Shown: positions 1-8,785 of the stretch, in pieces
How the letters are laid out: each line of letters begins with the position of its first letter
How positions within the stretch are numbered: the stretch's first letter is position 1
IMG/VR virus record: IMGVR_UViG_3300027749_000034
DNA: 64,000 bases
Reading direction: 5' to 3' (one strand)
Source of the DNA: a virus
Taxonomy: Duplodnaviria; Caudoviricetes
The notes under the pieces: generated by a model
What the model saw: the letters and a program-made list of their open reading frames with translations, nothing else
Database searches by the model: none
What the model was told of the DNA's origin: nothing
Program-made: the position numbers and the translations under genes

Positions 1-1
1 T

Positions 2-916
2 GCTGGGCTTGACGAGTTTGCCAAAGAATACAATACATGGCAAGCACAAAGTGAATTGGGCTTGGAAATTAAGATGGGCAAGCCCAAAGGTTCAGGCACA
101 TACTATGAACGAGATTTGAAACAAGACCCTGATCGTGAGTATGGCGACATTGACATTGAATGTTTTATACACAGTCGCCCAGGTGCCAGTTCTGCACAAC
201 TTATTACACAGTACAAGAATGCCATCACAGAATTCACAAGACACAACAGAGACTTTGCATCTGACAATGGTACAAACATTATCATGACTACCAGTGCTGG
301 ACCAGCACAGGTTGATTTGATTTATACTTTCAATGAACATGCAGATTGGAGCCGTGCCCTAAGCCCAGAATATCGTGTCAAGGGTGTTATCAGCACCAGT
401 CTAACCAGTGCTCTGGCAGAAGTACTGAACTTTTCCTTTAGTTCACAAGGTGTGCAGGTGAAAACTCGAGCAGGGCGTCCTGTCAGCTTCCGTCAAAGCA
501 AAGACACAGAACTAACAACTGTATCAACCAATCCCGAGTCCTGGGCTCGAGACATGTTTCAGTACTATTATACCTTGGCCAATGGGCAACCATATGCGGA
601 TCGCCTGTTAGATTTAGATCAACATCCTGGACTCAAAGATGAACAGCGCCTGGCAGATATTGTACATTCTATTCGCAGTTTGGCCACAGAGTTAGAAAGA
701 AACAATTTGTTGGGCAATGGCGCATTAGACCATGTGGCCAATGCACAAACACTATTAACACAGGTTTCTAAAATTTATGCACAAAAGCTTGAAGCAGTAA
801 TTAATTCCAGCAAATTTGACAAAGCGGCCACCCCAGCGGCAGAAGAAAAGGCCAAAAAGACCAAGCTGATGCTGGCCAAATACCGCAATGAAGTCGCTAA
901 ACTATTGTTGAATTGA
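2..916 (+). CDS. Pol-beta superfamily nucleotidyltransferase-like protein (5' truncated by window edge)
   Basis: Frame is open from position 2. GSG...YGDIDI matches the GS + DxD catalytic signature of Pol-beta NTases; helical C-terminus. Confidence 0.55.
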   Translation, partial: AGLDEFAKEYNTWQAQSELGLEIKMGKPKGSGTYYERDLKQDPDREYGDIDIECFIHSRPGASSAQLITQYKNAITEFTRHNRDFASDNGTNIIMTTSAGPAQVDLIYTFNEHADWSRALSPEYRVKGVISTSLTSALAEVLNFSFSSQGVQVKTRAGRPVSFRQSKDTELTTVSTNPESWARDMFQYYYTLANGQPYADRLLDLDQHPGLKDEQRLADIVHSIRSLATELERNNLLGNGALDHVANAQTLLTQVSKIYAQKLEAVINSSKFDKAATPAAEEKAKKTKLMLAKYRNEVAKLLLN

Positions 917-994
917 CTAACCATAAAATTTAATTAACACTAAATATATGGCAATAGTTTGGGACGAAACCAAATTAAAAATATAGGAAGAAAA

Positions 995-1264
995 ATGTTA
1001 TCATTTATCAAGAATCTTTTTGGAGCAAAGCCAGCAACTCAACTTGAAGTAGAAGTTCGCGCTGAAGCACCATACAAAGTGCCAGAACCAGCGGCCACTA
1101 CACCAATTCCATTGGTTGTAGAAGCACCAGTAATTATCCCTGTTGCAGGCCTAATGTTGCCAGTTGAAGGCGCAGGCGAGGTTGCTGTACCAAAAGCAAA
1201 AAAAGCCGCGCCTGCTAAAAAACCAGCAGTGGCCAAAAAGCCGCGCACTCCTAAGGCAAAGTAA
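995..1264 (+). CDS. Small Ala/Pro/Lys-rich protein with histone-H1-like basic tail
   Basis: ATG 995 preceded by AGGAAG; C-terminus PKAKKAAPAKKPAVAKKPRTPKAK. Confidence 0.5.
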   Translation: MLSFIKNLFGAKPATQLEVEVRAEAPYKVPEPAATTPIPLVVEAPVIIPVAGLMLPVEGAGEVAVPKAKKAAPAKKPAVAKKPRTPKAK

Positions 1265-1267
1265 GCC

Positions 1268-2170
1268 GTGTTATTAGACGATCTTGGTCCACGAATCCGT
1301 GTAACAGAAATGTTACAAAAGATTGACGGCCGTTGGGCATTGGTTAACAAGCACAACCCTAAAAAAGTTTTGCAATACTATACCAACGAACGCTGGACCA
1401 AGAAAGTTCAAGGTGTGGTCAACGAAGGCGGAAATGCTTTCAAAGATCCTGTCACAAAAGAACATTTAACAAAGCAAGATGCCAGTACAGAAGAAGTACA
1501 TGCCACAGTCAAAGCATTGGAAAAGCGCATTGGCATTCCATTGTTTAAGAATTTAACCGGTAGTGCAATTTACGCAGGTAAAACCACAGGAGACGGTGAT
1601 GTCAACTTAGATCCTGCTGACTTCATTGATGTAGATCCAGCTGAAGATCCAAAGACTAGTCAGAACCGCTTTCGTGAATGGCTGACAGGTCAGTTGTTGA
1701 AGGCAGGATTTAAAGAACAAGAAGACTTTAAAAAGGGTGGCGACGGCTTGACTGTCAAAGCACCTATTCCAACACCAGGTACAAATGAGTTTTTACAAGT
1801 TGACTTGGACATTGGTGAACCCGGTCAAGGCGAATTCAGTCGCTGGTCTCGTCGTGGAGAGCCCGGTCAAGGCAAGGGCGCATTTAGACACATCTTAATG
1901 AGTGGCATTGCTCGTGCTGTCAATCCCAATTGGAAGTGGAGCTTCAAAGCTGGACTGTTTGATGAAGGATCTGGCAAGACTCTTAGCAGAAGTCCTGATG
2001 AGATTGCAAAGTATCTATTTGGAAGAACTGCCAAGGGCACAGACCTGGACAATATTCAAACAATATTGGCAAAATTAAAACAAACCAGAGCTGACATTTA
2101 TCAAGCAGTGGTAGACAAGGCCAATGACGGTATTGCCAATATGAAATATGACTATAGGCTAGGTCAATAA
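1268..2170 (+). CDS. Pol-beta superfamily nucleotidyltransferase-like protein, possibly virion-packaged
   Basis: LTGS...TGDGDV (GS + DxD) and a later QVDL acidic strand; N-terminal leader ends VVNE|GGNAF, resembling a prohead protease site. Confidence 0.55.
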   Translation: MLLDDLGPRIRVTEMLQKIDGRWALVNKHNPKKVLQYYTNERWTKKVQGVVNEGGNAFKDPVTKEHLTKQDASTEEVHATVKALEKRIGIPLFKNLTGSAIYAGKTTGDGDVNLDPADFIDVDPAEDPKTSQNRFREWLTGQLLKAGFKEQEDFKKGGDGLTVKAPIPTPGTNEFLQVDLDIGEPGQGEFSRWSRRGEPGQGKGAFRHILMSGIARAVNPNWKWSFKAGLFDEGSGKTLSRSPDEIAKYLFGRTAKGTDLDNIQTILAKLKQTRADIYQAVVDKANDGIANMKYDYRLGQ

Positions 2171-3661
2171 ATGTTGTTCAGAGAAATATTCATTGCTGAA
2201 GCAGGTCTAAGTCCAGCAGAATTAAAAAAGTATGATTTCAAGTATTTGAAAGTTCTTCGTGACCTTGGCAATAGCAATACTCCTCTAGAAGTTATTCCGG
2301 CCAAAAGAGAAAAATATGGTAATACTGTCACGCTTACGCCCAACAGCGTTAAATTTTTAAACAAATTTCTTGATCCAGATTCTGATTCCCCAATGCGAGA
2401 TATTGCACCATCCAGCATGGAAGTGTATGTGACTAATGCCAACGGTGAACAAGAAACACAAGTTATTCAAACCAGCTCGTTGTTCAAGAGTGGCGTATTC
2501 AAAGGTACAGAAAATCAAACTGAAGGTGGCAAAGATTATAATGCTGGCCATCTAACAGAACTATTCATGGGTCTTGCGGTAAGTGCCAAGTTCTTTGCCG
2601 CTGGTGCCGCAATTACTAAACAACAGGTCTTAGACATGTTCGGTCATATGGATACACACACTCATGAAAAGACTGTGGAATTTACTACAACAAGAACTAT
2701 TGTATATCCAGAGCGTAATAACAAAAACGATTCATTGTACTTCTCTGCTAAAATTCCCACAGGTAGTTCCGAATCATTTATTAGACAATATAATTCAAGA
2801 AAACTTGGTGAGGATTTAGAAGCATTGCTGTCCAGTGCTGTACTATATTGCAATGAATCTGCATCAGTTAAGACTGCCTGTGAACGAGTATATCAAGACA
2901 AGAACAATAACAGAATTGATATTGCTAGTGATGGCACCGGCGAAGCAACTGCTACCAAAGCAGATTTGACCTTAAAAGTTGATGGTACCAAAATTAACTT
3001 GTTGAGTTTAAAAACTTACAGTACAAAAACACTTGGCCAAATGAGCGGATTAAAGTTTTCTACACTACGAACTTTCTTTGATACTGCATTTGGTTTTGAC
3101 CTTGGCCCATATGGCAACAAATTTGATGAATCGTTGCCCAAAGAGCAACTGGTCAAGAACTTGTTGAATCTATATGATACTGTAATTTTCCCCAGTGTGC
3201 AAGAAACTGTTGAACTTCAGAAGCCCAGCATAGAGTCTGATATTGTTAATAAATTGGCCCGCGCCGCCTTGTTGTTTGCCCGTGGTGAAAAAATGGAAGA
3301 TGTTGAAGTAGTTAAACTCAACGATAAACTTGCAGATGGCGACTATAAAATTTTGAAGTTCAGCGACAACTTGCCAGAAGCTATGAAACATTACGATCTA
3401 GTGGCCAAGAAAGTGGGCACAGGCGATAACGGTCGTACCATCCAAATTTGGGTCAAACCTGCTCCAGGCGAACGAGTCATCAGAAACAGCCACATGTTGT
3501 GCCAATTCCGTAGCCAATTACAAGGCGGCTATATGCGAAACAACTTTGAAACAGGTGCCATATTAGAAGCATTAACAGAGGTTGGTAAAATCGACGTCAA
3601 CAAGCCCGCTAACCGTCAGAGTTCATTGAGCACCAACGCAGACCTAAGAAGTCTAAAATAA
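2171..3661 (+). CDS. Probable internal head protein with PD-(D/E)xK nuclease-like domain
   Basis: N-terminus MLFREIFIAE resembles the T4 capsid-targeting sequence MKTYQEFIAE; NAGHLTE...KADLTL...LSLK fits restriction-endonuclease-fold motifs. Confidence 0.5.
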   Translation: MLFREIFIAEAGLSPAELKKYDFKYLKVLRDLGNSNTPLEVIPAKREKYGNTVTLTPNSVKFLNKFLDPDSDSPMRDIAPSSMEVYVTNANGEQETQVIQTSSLFKSGVFKGTENQTEGGKDYNAGHLTELFMGLAVSAKFFAAGAAITKQQVLDMFGHMDTHTHEKTVEFTTTRTIVYPERNNKNDSLYFSAKIPTGSSESFIRQYNSRKLGEDLEALLSSAVLYCNESASVKTACERVYQDKNNNRIDIASDGTGEATATKADLTLKVDGTKINLLSLKTYSTKTLGQMSGLKFSTLRTFFDTAFGFDLGPYGNKFDESLPKEQLVKNLLNLYDTVIFPSVQETVELQKPSIESDIVNKLARAALLFARGEKMEDVEVVKLNDKLADGDYKILKFSDNLPEAMKHYDLVAKKVGTGDNGRTIQIWVKPAPGERVIRNSHMLCQFRSQLQGGYMRNNFETGAILEALTEVGKIDVNKPANRQSSLSTNADLRSLK

Positions 3662-3702
3662 TCACGCATTATAATAGTAGTTTTAGTTAACTACAACTAT
3701 AT

Positions 3703-3708
3703 TAAATA
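3703..3708 (+). promoter_or_regulatory. Late promoter box TAAATA upstream of csgF
   Basis: T4-like late -10 core in an intergenic region; the motif recurs upstream of many genes in this window. Confidence 0.5.
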
Positions 3709-3743
3709 ATAAGACTGGCACTTTAGCTGGTTATTAGGCGTAC

Positions 3744-4223
3744 ATGAAAAAACTGTTTTTGTTTCTCTTTCTTTCTATTACTATATCCGTACACTCGGCG
3801 GAACTCCAACATTCATTTAATAGTCCAGCATTCAGCGGCGTAGGCTATTCTTCTCATGTGTTGACAATCAAACAGCTTGAAGATCAACAAAAAGAAAAGA
3901 ATAAAAATTTAGTTGATGCACTGAAACAAAAGGCCGAAGCAGACGCATTGAATACACCCAGCGCAAGATTTGTTGCCAATTTGGAAAGTAGAATTTACAG
4001 CCAGTTGGCCAAACAGTTGACTGACAGCCTGTTTGGTGAAGGTGCAACTTGCACAACCAAAGGCATCATATGTGGTACCATTCCTGACATAGGCGGAAAT
4101 ACTATAACATGGAAGCTAGGTGACGGAAGCGACACAGGTTACATTGTTATTAATATTGTAAACATTGCCAATCCAAGTCAAACAACAACCATGAAGGTTC
4201 CCAGTGGAACATTTGCATTCTAA
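3744..4223 (+). CDS. csgF: Curli assembly protein CsgF-like
   Basis: Signal peptide, then ELQHSFNSPAFSG (CsgF N-terminal FxNPxFxG-like motif); directly upstream of CsgG. Confidence 0.75.
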   Translation: MKKLFLFLFLSITISVHSAELQHSFNSPAFSGVGYSSHVLTIKQLEDQQKEKNKNLVDALKQKAEADALNTPSARFVANLESRIYSQLAKQLTDSLFGEGATCTTKGIICGTIPDIGGNTITWKLGDGSDTGYIVINIVNIANPSQTTTMKVPSGTFAF

Positions 4224-5662
4224 TGAAAAAACTACTAGCTCTTATCGTGATTGCGGCAATATTGCAAGGTTGTGCAACCAGTAGTGCCATCAAGGAAAAA
4301 TTAACCGGCAATCAATTTGACGATCCTACTGTTGAAACTAGTAAATTCTTAAAGAAAAAAGAAAATTCGTTGTTGCCTCCTGCTGGTGGCCCAATTCCTG
4401 TGGCAGTCTACAGTTTCAGCGACAAGACTGGTCAACGCAAAAGTGTTACAGGTATTGCCAGTCTAAGCAGTGCTGTGACACAGGGTGCAGAAAGCTATCT
4501 GATCAAAGCACTACAAGATGCCGGCGATGGCAGATGGTTTATTCCAATTGAGCGAGTTGGTATTGATAACCTAATCAAAGAACGACAGATGATTCGTCAG
4601 GCTAGAGAATTATATCAAGGCAAAGAAGCACAGCCATTGCCTCCGATGGTGTTTGCTGGGATCATCATGGAAGGTGGAATCATTGGATACGACTCAAATA
4701 CATTAACTGGTGGTAGTGGCATGCGTGTATTTGGCATTGGTGCAACCACACAATATCAAAGCGATACTGTAACTGTAAATTTAAGAACTGTCAGTGTCAG
4801 CACCAGTGAAATTTTAACCAGTGTCACTGTGACTAAAACTGTGCTGAGTTACATGGACAAGTTGACGCTGTTGAGATTTGTCAACGATCCGGGCATTGCA
4901 GACCCAGCACTGGCGGCCAGCGCCTTGGCAATAGAAGGTGAAATAGGCGGCAGTATCAATGAAAGTATCAACAAGGCCATTGATGTGGCTGTGCAAGCGG
5001 CAGTGATTGAAACAATACAATCCGGTGCTCGTAAAGGACACTGGGGTTTCAAGCAAGAAAAGAAAGAAGTATCAATGCCTCCGCTACCTGCACATATTGA
5101 AAAGCCTGTTACTATTTCTAAGACTGAAGATGCAATAAGCATAGCACCGGTTCCGTTAAAACCTGTTGTAACACCTGCAACAGAAGTTCCAAAAGAGGAG
5201 AAGAAAGATGTCGTGGTTCAAACACAATCCCCCCAAACACCCGCCACCGTTGGCGAATCCGTCAGTGGCCCACCCGCACCGCTCAAGCCCAGCAACGACC
5301 AAGGCCCTGGAGGAGACAAAGCTGAAAGTAAGAGCACCGTCGACGACAGCAAAAATCAAGACAAAGACCAAAAGGTCAACCTAAAAGAAGATGCAACAAT
5401 ATCAACTGGCATAATTCCAAATACTTCATTGGCCACGCCAATTGCTCCTAGGGCTTTGTTTGGACAAAGGATGTTAAAAGAAGATGTGTTTATCTATGCT
5501 GAGCCCACTATTCAATCTGCAAAAAAATGGTGGTTCAAGAAAGGAACTATTATTAATGTTAGAGCACCAGGTCCAGAAGGGTGGTTAAAAGTGACAGATA
5601 ATGAACTCAGAGGTGGTTGGGTTCATACAGATGTACTAGAGGCAGTTACAGGTGTAAAATAA
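4223..5662 (+). CDS. csgG: Curli secretion channel CsgG-like lipoprotein with Pro-rich linker and C-terminal SH3b-like domain
   Basis: Lipobox LQGC; VAVYSFSDKTGQRK, SSAVTQGA, ERVGIDNLIKERQMIR, EGGIIGYDSN and DTVTVNLRTVSV are CsgG hallmarks; about 200 extra C-terminal residues. Confidence 0.88.
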   Translation: MKKLLALIVIAAILQGCATSSAIKEKLTGNQFDDPTVETSKFLKKKENSLLPPAGGPIPVAVYSFSDKTGQRKSVTGIASLSSAVTQGAESYLIKALQDAGDGRWFIPIERVGIDNLIKERQMIRQARELYQGKEAQPLPPMVFAGIIMEGGIIGYDSNTLTGGSGMRVFGIGATTQYQSDTVTVNLRTVSVSTSEILTSVTVTKTVLSYMDKLTLLRFVNDPGIADPALAASALAIEGEIGGSINESINKAIDVAVQAAVIETIQSGARKGHWGFKQEKKEVSMPPLPAHIEKPVTISKTEDAISIAPVPLKPVVTPATEVPKEEKKDVVVQTQSPQTPATVGESVSGPPAPLKPSNDQGPGGDKAESKSTVDDSKNQDKDQKVNLKEDATISTGIIPNTSLATPIAPRALFGQRMLKEDVFIYAEPTIQSAKKWWFKKGTIINVRAPGPEGWLKVTDNELRGGWVHTDVLEAVTGVK

Positions 5663-5700
5663 TTAACATGTAAAATTATTAACATGTTATATTATTAACA
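5662..5700. repeat. Three imperfect 16-bp-period direct repeats (ATTAACATGT core)
   Basis: ATTAACATGT at 5662 and 5678, ATTAACA at 5694, upstream of the curlin gene promoter. Confidence 0.6.
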
Positions 5701-5729
5701 GCGATATTTAATTTTTATGTCGCTTCGCT

Positions 5730-5735
5730 TAAATA
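5730..5735 (+). promoter_or_regulatory. Late promoter box TAAATA upstream of curlin-like gene
   Basis: Intergenic TAAATA, followed by a GGAG SD before ATG 5778. Confidence 0.5.
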
Positions 5736-5777
5736 GATAGCGTAAATTATGGAGTTTAACTCCAAGGGAGATACATT

Positions 5778-6530
5778 ATGACAAATTATAGAGTTTTGTC
5801 AGGAATTATTCTACTACTAGGGGCAGTAGTTGTTCCAACGAGCTTTGCACAGACTGTTTCAACAGGGCCCAACAAGGTTTATATTGAACAGATCGGTAAC
5901 ACAAATACTATAACCATTGAACAAGTTGGTGGTAGTAACAATGTTGGCGGAACTTCGTCCACAGCGCCGGGTAGCACAAATTACGGAACAATTTTTGGTA
6001 GTGCCAACACACTGGCATTAACACAGACCGGTGATGCCAATAACAGCCAATACAACATTAAAGGTAGTACCAACATATACACCAGTACAGTCACTGGCAA
6101 TACTAACTCATCAAAATTGGTAGTTGGCAACACTACTACGCCATCGTTGCGTAATAACTTGACTGAAACGGTACTTGGCAATGCCAATACATTAGATACC
6201 ACAGTTGTTGCAAATGATGTAATTAGTACCATTGCAATTGCTGGTAATACCAATGAAGTCACATCGGTATTACGAAGCAACAGAGGTGCCAGCGATATTG
6301 ACATTGCTGGCAATAACAATAAACTTGACATTGAACAACTTGATGCCGCAGGTGCCAATGGACACTTATTAAAACAAGTAATTGTTGGCGACTATAACTC
6401 TATTGTTACTCAACAACAGGGTATAAACGACACCACTGTTGATTTGAAAACAACTGGCGATCATAATACTATTACAATTAGAACCAGTAGTACTTCAATT
6501 ACATCTCCTAAAACTGCTGTTGCGAGGTAG
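5778..6530 (+). CDS. Curlin-repeat (CsgA/CsgB-like) secreted protein
   Basis: Signal peptide; N/Q/T/G-rich repeats such as NKVYIEQIGNTNTITIEQVG and QQQGINDTTVDLKTTGDHN. Confidence 0.75.
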   Translation: MTNYRVLSGIILLLGAVVVPTSFAQTVSTGPNKVYIEQIGNTNTITIEQVGGSNNVGGTSSTAPGSTNYGTIFGSANTLALTQTGDANNSQYNIKGSTNIYTSTVTGNTNSSKLVVGNTTTPSLRNNLTETVLGNANTLDTTVVANDVISTIAIAGNTNEVTSVLRSNRGASDIDIAGNNNKLDIEQLDAAGANGHLLKQVIVGDYNSIVTQQQGINDTTVDLKTTGDHNTITIRTSSTSITSPKTAVAR

Positions 6531-6532
6531 GT

Positions 6533-7642
6533 ATGGATGTGTTTGCAAAAGCGATTTTATGCTTTGCTATTTTAAATTCTGCTTGTTACGCAGGACCCAC
6601 CATTGGCACCGTCAGTGAAAATAAAGGCCTGGCCTGTGAGATCCTAAGAGGCAAAACTAAACTTACCGGAGTCAAAGGTTCAGATGTAGAGTCTATGGAC
6701 ACATACACCACTGGCGCATGCAGTAGCAATATTGTATTCCGAGACGATACCAAGGTTAAAATCACTGAAAATTCAAAATTGGTAATTGACGACTTTGTAT
6801 TTGATCCAAAGAATTCTGACGCAGGCAAACTAAGCATCAAGGCCGCAATGGGTACTATTCGCTATGCCAGTGGACAAATTGCCAAGGCAAACCCACAACA
6901 AGTGGCTGTTCAAACTCCTACTGCAAACATTGCTGTTCGCGGAACAGACTTTACAATGACCGTGGATGAAACTGGACAAAGTCTAATTGTACTGGTTCCA
7001 AGTTGTAAAGATGAAAAAGATATCAAACAGTTTGAGCTGGCTGAAAATACCTGCAAGGTTGGGCAAATTGATGTGGTCACAGCAGGCGGCCGTGTCACAT
7101 TGACCAAGGCATTTGAAGCTACCTTTGTTATCAGTGCAAGTGTTTCGCCAACAGCGCCGGTCATCATCAATACAGTGGAAAGTAAACTTACCAATATTTT
7201 AATTATTTCGCATCCACAAGAAATTGGCAAGGCCATTGGTATTGCCACTGGTAGAAGCAAGCGAGAAGAGCTAGAAGCTGAAATTGAAGCGGATGCACAA
7301 AAGCGTCTGGCGCAACGAGTTCGAGAAAATGCTGAACAGATTGAAGAAGCCAGAATTATGATATTATCAGAATCTGCTGTCAAGGCCGGCTGTAACCCGA
7401 CCACTTCAGTTTGTGTCGCATGGGACCGGCCTACTGAGTCAGAAGCTGCCAGCAGAGGTCGTGCCATTGCATTTCGTAACACTGAAAATGAACACTACGC
7501 AGAAGTAAAAACTCAAGGCTATAGTTCGAATACATTTGTAACAATTGTACACAATGATGCCAGCGCCAGTACTCTAATTGGCAGTGGCGAAGCAGGTGCC
7601 ACAACTGTTTATATCAAACAGAATGGCGGTATCAAACGATGA
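6533..7642 (+). CDS. FecR-domain periplasmic protein
   Basis: Signal peptide; IVFRDDTKVKITENSKLVID and TPTANIAVRGTDF are typical FecR-domain motifs. Confidence 0.8.
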   Translation: MDVFAKAILCFAILNSACYAGPTIGTVSENKGLACEILRGKTKLTGVKGSDVESMDTYTTGACSSNIVFRDDTKVKITENSKLVIDDFVFDPKNSDAGKLSIKAAMGTIRYASGQIAKANPQQVAVQTPTANIAVRGTDFTMTVDETGQSLIVLVPSCKDEKDIKQFELAENTCKVGQIDVVTAGGRVTLTKAFEATFVISASVSPTAPVIINTVESKLTNILIISHPQEIGKAIGIATGRSKREELEAEIEADAQKRLAQRVRENAEQIEEARIMILSESAVKAGCNPTTSVCVAWDRPTESEAASRGRAIAFRNTENEHYAEVKTQGYSSNTFVTIVHNDASASTLIGSGEAGATTVYIKQNGGIKR

Positions 7643-8778
7643 AATTTTTAATTGCCATAGCGTTCCTATTGGCCGGCTTTGGTAGCTGTAGTAAAGTACA
7701 GGCCACAGGTTTAGCTGATTTAAAATTTGGCCAGGCGCAAATAGCAGATAGTCAATGGAATGTTCAAGCATGTACACAAACAGCAACTTGTCAAATCTAT
7801 AGTACAAACCCAGGCACCGCATATAAGATTCCCTGGACTAGTGGTCAGATACAATGGGCAACAGGTGACTATATTCAATTCCAACCTTATACAAAAGATG
7901 CAAACAATCCTTGGTTGGCTGTACAATTTGATGCCAACGGTGTTGGTAAAACAAACATGGGTATAGGACATATTATTAACATGGGTACAGACTTTTTCTT
8001 TTTTGTAGGCAGTGATAATAATACTGGACAGTTGTTTAGTATGACCAGTGGATTATCCGGATCTGCTGGAGTGACCTGGACTGGTACATTGAATCCAACT
8101 GATGCTCAGGTTAATGCCTATGCCGCTAACGGATCTACTACTCCACTGGCCGCTGGACAAACTGCTGGACCCCCTCCATTGTGCTGTGGTGCTTCGGCAA
8201 CCGCTGTAATAGTTCAAGATACAAACTTTTACAATAGTGTCAACACCTTTATGAATAGAACTACAAACGATGCACAAATCTATGTAGAGCAAATTGGCAA
8301 TAATAATACCATTGTGATTGAGCAGACTGGTACTGCAAACAACCGAATCAGGTATGACGGTAACGGCAATAACAACAGCATTTCTACAAATCAAAACTCT
8401 ACAAATCCATCTGCTTACAATTTTATAGACTTGGGCGTGAATGGGAATGCCAACGCTGTAAACATTACACAGCAAAGTACTGGTGGTGTCAAGGGTGTGT
8501 TGGCCAGGATCAATGACAACAACAATTCATTGATTGTTCAGCAAAAGGACAGTGGCAACCATTATGCTGATGTTGTCCTCAGTGGTGGCAATAAAAATGT
8601 GGACATACTACAGGAAGGATCAGCCGGTCATGCCGCCCGGGTTGGTCTTACAGGAATGCCTGTTGATTTGAGTCTAACACAAAGCGGTAACGGCTTGGCC
8701 AATCAATCATACAGTATACAGTTTAACTGTGCCACCGCAGGTGGCTGTCCTAAAATTATCGTCCAACAGGGCAGATAA
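7639..8778 (+). CDS. Secreted protein with N-terminal beta-rich domain and C-terminal curlin repeats
   Basis: Signal peptide; QIYVEQIGNNNTIVIEQTG, NNNSISTNQ and NAVNITQQ curlin-type repeats. Confidence 0.7.
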   Translation: MKFLIAIAFLLAGFGSCSKVQATGLADLKFGQAQIADSQWNVQACTQTATCQIYSTNPGTAYKIPWTSGQIQWATGDYIQFQPYTKDANNPWLAVQFDANGVGKTNMGIGHIINMGTDFFFFVGSDNNTGQLFSMTSGLSGSAGVTWTGTLNPTDAQVNAYAANGSTTPLAAGQTAGPPPLCCGASATAVIVQDTNFYNSVNTFMNRTTNDAQIYVEQIGNNNTIVIEQTGTANNRIRYDGNGNNNSISTNQNSTNPSAYNFIDLGVNGNANAVNITQQSTGGVKGVLARINDNNNSLIVQQKDSGNHYADVVLSGGNKNVDILQEGSAGHAARVGLTGMPVDLSLTQSGNGLANQSYSIQFNCATAGGCPKIIVQQGR

Positions 8779-8781
8779 GTA
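8776..8781 (+). promoter_or_regulatory. Late promoter variant TAAGTA, 4 nt before ATG 8786
   Basis: No SD between box and ATG; same spacing as several other sites. Confidence 0.45.
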
Positions 8782-8785
8782 ATGA

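Noticed and set aside
5981-7482. Antisense ORFs over the curlin and FecR genes (for example 6910..7482, 190 aa)
   Set aside because: They are fully nested opposite well-supported genes, have no SD or motifs, and are typical shadow ORFs.
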